Shown here: positions 59,472-64,000 of the stretch, one piece after another
Numbering within the stretch: the stretch's first letter is position 1
Layout of the letters: every line of letters starts with the position of its first letter
Assembly: GCA_041649715.1 (NCBI GenBank)
Contig: JBAZMP010000001.1
Location: 82,741 to 146,740, forward strand
Source: Patescibacteria group bacterium
Lineage (GTDB): Bacteria > Patescibacteriota > Patescibacteriia > JAXHNJ01
DNA length: 64,000 nucleotides
Reading direction: 5' to 3'
The notes under the pieces: generated by a model
What the model saw: only the letters and a program-made list of their open reading frames with translations
Told to the model about the DNA's origin: nothing
The model's database searches: none
Translations under genes and position numbers: made by a program

Positions 59472-59846
59472 TTAAAGAGCGCGGGCCGCCTGAAAAGCTT
59501 CTTCAATGGCGGCATTGGTAGAGGAGAGAGGGATGATTCCGTCGGGTCGGAAGCCAAGAGCGTGGGTTTTTTCCCGGGTAAGTCCGGGTTTCCGGCTGGT
59601 AAAAAAAAGAAGAGATTCCTTCAGGGCACCTAGTATTTCTTTTAGGCGATTGGTCGTTTCGACAGGGATGTTTTCGTCCGGTTCAAGGTGGAGGATAACT
59701 ACGTCGGGCGCTTGAAAATTCATCGCGCCGAGGCCATCTTGTCGGCTGTCGCATTCGACAACCAGGTAGCGGTGTTTGATCAGGATCCGGGCCAGCCTTT
59801 CCCTTTCTTCTTGATCTTTCTCGCAGATCATGGCGATTTTGCACAT
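59472..59846 (-). CDS. Atypical receiver-like protein
   Basis: KIAMICEKD...PDVVILH (no acceptor Asp). Confidence 0.55.
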   Translation of the reverse strand: MCKIAMICEKDQEERERLARILIKHRYLVVECDSRQDGLGAMNFQAPDVVILHLEPDENIPVETTNRLKEILGALKESLLFFTSRKPGLTREKTHALGFRPDGIIPLSSTNAAIEEAFQAARAL

Positions 59847-59950
59847 CGTTACCCCCTAGTGAAATGAGCCGATGATATTTTTGCCGAATAATTAAAAAGT
59901 AATCTCTTTTTGACCTTTTGTCAATTCGACTTTTGAGCTATAATAGAAGC

Positions 59951-60121
59951 ATGAAAGAAATAAAAGAAGAAAAACAAGGCGGTAAAGCCAAGAAATTCTT
60001 TATCCTGGCCTTTTTGACGGCGATCGCCACGGCCGTGGCCGCTCTTTTCGTCAAAAAGAAACAAGAAGACGAGAACGAAATCTTGGGTTTTAAAGAAGAA
60101 AAATCGAAAAAGAAGAAATAA
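59951..60121 (+). CDS. Small single-TM protein
   Basis: Charged-TM-charged layout; ATG just after a TATAAT. Confidence 0.55.
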   Translation: MKEIKEEKQGGKAKKFFILAFLTAIATAVAALFVKKKQEDENEILGFKEEKSKKKK

Positions 60122-60328
60122 CTTCCGGTAAATAAAAAGCCGTCACTTTTCAAGTAAACGGCTTTTGTTGTGTTCAAAAAAATTGTGGGCATAGCAGAAA
60201 AGGCCGCCTCTGAATAAGGGGCGGAGAAATGGGGTTGACAAATTTTCTATTTATTGCTATTCTTATTTGTTCTTTGTCAATAAATTCGGACTAGTTTAGT
60301 AAGGAGCGGAAAGAAAGGAAGGGCGCAT

Positions 60329-61687
60329 ATGGTGATGAATGCGGTTTTTGACTTCTTTAAATTGTTTGGCGCTTTGGTGGGTTTCATGCTTGCCTGGCTT
60401 GCCAGCGGTTTTCTGGTGGCTTGGATGGCTCTGATCGTCAAATCTTTTTTCAAGCCGTCCGGGCAGCGCCTGACTTTCCTTAAAGAAGCCTGGGCGCTTA
60501 AGACCTGGTTTTGCGATTTTGCGAAACTTGGCCCGGCCAGCCTGATCGTGGCGCCCGTCTCGATTTTTCTGCCGTATAATCCGCGGGCAGACGCCGAGCG
60601 TTTGGCTTGCGATGAATTTCTCAAGAGCACTCAGCTGGGTCCGGAGCACTGGTGGCATTATGGTCACCGCGAAATGTATTTGGATAGCGCTCAACGGTCG
60701 ATCGAAAACCTCGACCATAATTTGGCTTCCGTCGGCGCCGCTATCGAAACCGTGCCCGCTCAAACCAAGCGCTGGGCCTGGGTGACGGCGACTTGCGCTT
60801 TTCTGATGACCTCGATGCGAACGGGTCTGGTTTTTGCCGCGGATTTTTTAAGCAGCCTTTCAGCCAAAGCCACGACGGTGGAAACCGTAAGCCAAAAGGA
60901 AAAACCCTTGTCATCCGCTTCCGGTTTTCTGTTCGCTTCGGCGATCGAAGATGAGGCGGGCGAGCGGATCCGCTTGGAAAAACTGAATTTGCGCGGCGAC
61001 TACCGGCGGGGAAGAATTTTTCTGACTGGTCAATACGACTTCGCGGCCAAGGACCTGAAATTGGCCAAGATCGGTTTTGACTACCCCGAACTGAAAGTTC
61101 TTCTGGAAGCCGGCCGTATGGCCACTCCCTTCGGTCTCATGCATCTGTCGCCGGCCAAGAGCCCGTTTATCCGGATACCCTTGGACCAGCTGGGGCCACC
61201 CATGTTTGATAACGGGTGTCTGGTCTCTTTTTCCGGCCGCCACTTCGAAACAAGAGCCGGATTTCTTAACGGCAGCGGCGGTCTGGATGACGACAACGCG
61301 GAGATGGATGGCGTCGGCCAGGTATTTCTGAAATCCCGCTTCGGCAGTTTCGGCGCTGTGTTCGAACGCGGCCGCCAGGCCAAGGCAATGCGCGAGGTCC
61401 TCGGCCTGAACGCGGAAACAAGAATCGGTCGTTTGCGCGGCCGCTGCCTGTTCGTCTCGCGTCCCGATCTTAAGGCCGACGGTTTCATGGCCAATGCTGT
61501 TTTGTCCGCCGGGCCGGTTGAAGCCGTTGGGCAATACGAGAAAACCCGCGGCCTGGCGACTGACAGCGAAATACTGGAAGTGGGCGTCAACCGTAAGATC
61601 GACGAGGGCGGAACGCTTCTGGGCCACGCGATCCTGGCTCGAAACGCGCCGCCGGTGTTTCAACTGCAACTTAAGTATTTGTTCTAG
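60329..61687 (+). CDS. Membrane protein fused to a porin-like beta-barrel domain
   Basis: Amphipathic beta strands, GR...PFG and NGSG motifs, C-terminus FQLQLKYLF. Confidence 0.65.
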   Translation: MVMNAVFDFFKLFGALVGFMLAWLASGFLVAWMALIVKSFFKPSGQRLTFLKEAWALKTWFCDFAKLGPASLIVAPVSIFLPYNPRADAERLACDEFLKSTQLGPEHWWHYGHREMYLDSAQRSIENLDHNLASVGAAIETVPAQTKRWAWVTATCAFLMTSMRTGLVFAADFLSSLSAKATTVETVSQKEKPLSSASGFLFASAIEDEAGERIRLEKLNLRGDYRRGRIFLTGQYDFAAKDLKLAKIGFDYPELKVLLEAGRMATPFGLMHLSPAKSPFIRIPLDQLGPPMFDNGCLVSFSGRHFETRAGFLNGSGGLDDDNAEMDGVGQVFLKSRFGSFGAVFERGRQAKAMREVLGLNAETRIGRLRGRCLFVSRPDLKADGFMANAVLSAGPVEAVGQYEKTRGLATDSEILEVGVNRKIDEGGTLLGHAILARNAPPVFQLQLKYLF

Positions 61688-61848
61688 CACCTTGGAAATT
61701 AACTTCGGGGTTCCTGCCGTCAGGAACCCCTTTTTTTATCCAAGCTCTTGACACTTTTTAAATCTTATGATAAGTTCAGCTGTCTGAAACCAGGGGGTAG
61801 AAAGCAAGTTTTTCCGTAAACAGGTCTAGGCAAAAAGGAGGTCAGCTC

Positions 61849-62292
61849 GTGAAAAATTGGTTTTTGTTCATTGTCCTTTTCACCTTTGCTTTTTCTTTGT
61901 CCAGCCCGTCTCTTTGGGCCGGCAAGAAGGAAGCGTTAGATTATCCCTGGATCGTACCTGTTTCTAAAGATAACATCCGTCTGGCCGACGGCCAGTTCTC
62001 TTACGCGGTCGGCGACCTGATCGCCCGCAGCAACAAATCAGGGGTATACGGTAGTGAAGTAAAACTGTATTTTGCCGCCATTCTGCCTGACAACAGTGTG
62101 ATGGTCGAGCGTGTCTGTGTTTCATTCAGCCAGGCTTTTGCCAGCACTGTTTCTTTTCGCTTGTCATTAACTGAAACGGCGACCATCGGCTATACGCCGT
62201 ACGACAGTAAAGACACAATATCTCCGCTCATGGTCACCTTGCTTCACGCAAATGGTCGAATGGCCACATTTAAACTAACAACTTTGCCCTGA
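61849..62292 (+). CDS. Hypothetical secreted protein, stand-alone cassette
   Basis: AAGGAGGT SD, GTG start, signal peptide, own promoter and terminator. Confidence 0.7.
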   Translation: MKNWFLFIVLFTFAFSLSSPSLWAGKKEALDYPWIVPVSKDNIRLADGQFSYAVGDLIARSNKSGVYGSEVKLYFAAILPDNSVMVERVCVSFSQAFASTVSFRLSLTETATIGYTPYDSKDTISPLMVTLLHANGRMATFKLTTLP

Positions 62293-62474
62293 TCGGTCGA
62301 ACATTATTCCGCGCCGCGACTCTTAACCAAGAGCCGCGGCCTTTTTTACCCCCAAGGTTTGGGCTTGACAGGATCTGTGGATATGCTACACTTCAAGCAT
62401 TAATCAGTAAGGTATTTCTGTCAGTGCCGGTCCCCAAAGGATCAAGGCGGGCAGAATACAAAAAGGTCAATTAA

Positions 62475-62660
62475 ATGCAGGATCCACAAGGCTTTGGTCA
62501 GAGAAAAATGTACCAAGGCAATTGGACATGTGCAGGCTGCGGCGCCGCGATTACCGAACTTCCGTTCGAACCGGATGGCACTCGCCCCGTATACTGCCGT
62601 GATTGCCATCGCCAAAGACGGGACAACCGTGGCGGCGGTGGAAGACGCAGAGATTTCTAA
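62475..62660 (+). CDS. CxxC-x17-CxxC zinc-binding protein
   Basis: CAGCG....LPFEPDG.RPVYCRDC. Confidence 0.88.
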   Translation: MQDPQGFGQRKMYQGNWTCAGCGAAITELPFEPDGTRPVYCRDCHRQRRDNRGGGGRRRDF

Positions 62661-62751
62661 AAGATTTTATCTTTTTGAAAGATACGTCGTAAAACAGTCC
62701 AAATAAAACAAAAACTCCCAGGTAAAACCCAGGAGTTTTTGTTATTATAAT

Positions 62752-64000
62752 TTATTTATTATTGTTTTCCTTGACGAACCGGTAATAGAGCAGCTTGCCG
62801 CTTTCCGTGAAAATGAAGTAAGTGATAGCCACCAAAGAGATGGTTAAAAGCTGGGTGTATGTGGGAGCAGTGAATTTAAACAGGTCGCGACCGATGAAGG
62901 TGAATGGCAATAAGATTGTTATACCAATGGCGGCCACCGACAGCCAGAGCAGAGTCGGCGAAAGTTTTTTGCCTTTTAAAAAGAAATACCGGGTGCGGAT
63001 GGAGAAGATAAGAAGTAATTCCGTGATGACGCTGCCGATAAACCAGTTGGTCTGCAGGGTGGCAGGGGAAATGCGGTAAAAAAGGCCGAAGAAGATAAAG
63101 TCAAAAACCGTGCTGATAACGCCTAAAGTGATCGCCATCAAAGCGACATCTTTAATTTTATAATGCCGGGGTTTTTTAAGCTCGGCCAGATCCACATTAT
63201 CGGTGGCAATGGCTATCATTGGAAAGTCGGAAAGAAGGTTCAAGAGCAGGATCTGCAGGGGGAGCATTGGCAGGTAATCGATCAGAAGCGAGGCGATGGC
63301 CACGGCGAAAAAATTGCCGAAATTAGAAGTGAGCGTCGCTTTGATGTATTTTAAGGTATTGGCGAAAACCCGGCGGCCTTCTTCTACTCCGTCGATGATC
63401 ACTTTTAAGCTTTTGTTCAACAGAACGATGTCGGCGGTTTCCCGGGCGATGTCAGAGGCGCTTTCTACCACGAGCCCGACATTGGAGATCTTTAAGGCCG
63501 GGGCGTCATTGATGCCTTCGCCTAAAAAGCCGACCTCGTATTTTTCCTGCAAGATATGGATAATGTTGAATTTTTGCTCAGGGGTGACGCGGGCGAAGAC
63601 CGCATATTTTTCCGTCGCTTTATGCTGTTCCTCATGGCTTAGTTTTTGAAAATTTTCGCCGGTGATTACCGCCGTTATATCATCGGTCAGAGCGATTTGT
63701 TGGGCGACGGCACCGGCCACTTCCGGGCTGTCGCCGGTCAGGATTTTTATTTTTACGCCTAGACTTTCCGCCTTATTAACCGCATCCTTGGTCGATTTCT
63801 TTACTGGATCAATAAACGAGATTAAGCCGGCAAAATCCAGGTTATTTTCACCCGCCAAGATATCCTTGTTTTTAGCGGTTAGTTTTCGGCTGGCCACGGC
63901 GATCACCCGCCGGCCGGCTCGGCCGGCGGAAACGTGCCAGGCCGTCAATTTTTCCTTTTCCGCCGGGCTTATTTTGGGGCATAGTTTAATAATTTCCTCG
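62752..64000 (-). CDS. Cation-transporting P-type ATPase, MgtA-like (5' part outside the window)
   Basis: DP, TGD, FARVTPEQK, GEGINDAP. Confidence 0.9.
   Translation of the reverse strand, partial: EEIIKLCPKISPAEKEKLTAWHVSAGRAGRRVIAVASRKLTAKNKDILAGENNLDFAGLISFIDPVKKSTKDAVNKAESLGVKIKILTGDSPEVAGAVAQQIALTDDITAVITGENFQKLSHEEQHKATEKYAVFARVTPEQKFNIIHILQEKYEVGFLGEGINDAPALKISNVGLVVESASDIARETADIVLLNKSLKVIIDGVEEGRRVFANTLKYIKATLTSNFGNFFAVAIASLLIDYLPMLPLQILLLNLLSDFPMIAIATDNVDLAELKKPRHYKIKDVALMAITLGVISTVFDFIFFGLFYRISPATLQTNWFIGSVITELLLIFSIRTRYFFLKGKKLSPTLLWLSVAAIGITILLPFTFIGRDLFKFTAPTYTQLLTISLVAITYFIFTESGKLLYYRFVKENNNK

Noticed and set aside
60911-61690. Long antisense ORFs (also 48616..49374, 34881..35531, 40318..40917)
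   Set aside because: Shadows of better-supported genes on the opposite strand

Overview
Window from a small-genome bacterium whose gene content and organisation look like Patescibacteria/CPR (inferred). It has housekeeping genes (tig, nusA, infB, rbfA, rnhB, trxAB, clpP, rny, hup, ppdK, hppA, pilT), 12 tRNA genes, a parS site and many stand-alone accessory genes. Three things stand out. (1) At least 7 of the 12 tRNAs have an adjacent second, partial or complete copy that is precisely interrupted by short hairpin elements. One element family has mutually complementary loops (ACTAAAG/CTTTAGT). In one case an intact tRNA-Gly sits inside a triply interrupted copy of itself, and in another a GIY-YIG nuclease gene lies between the two copies. 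(2) A ~7 kb serine-recombinase island is integrated at the 3' end of tRNA-Gly(GCC). It carries an internal inverted copy of its own reconstituted attP junction and a candidate defence operon (wHTH-like protein, GHKL ATPase, trypsin-like protease). (3) Several self-contained cassettes encode diderm-type proteins, and several intergenic regions look like unclassified ncRNA genes. All calls were made by eye; no database searches were run.
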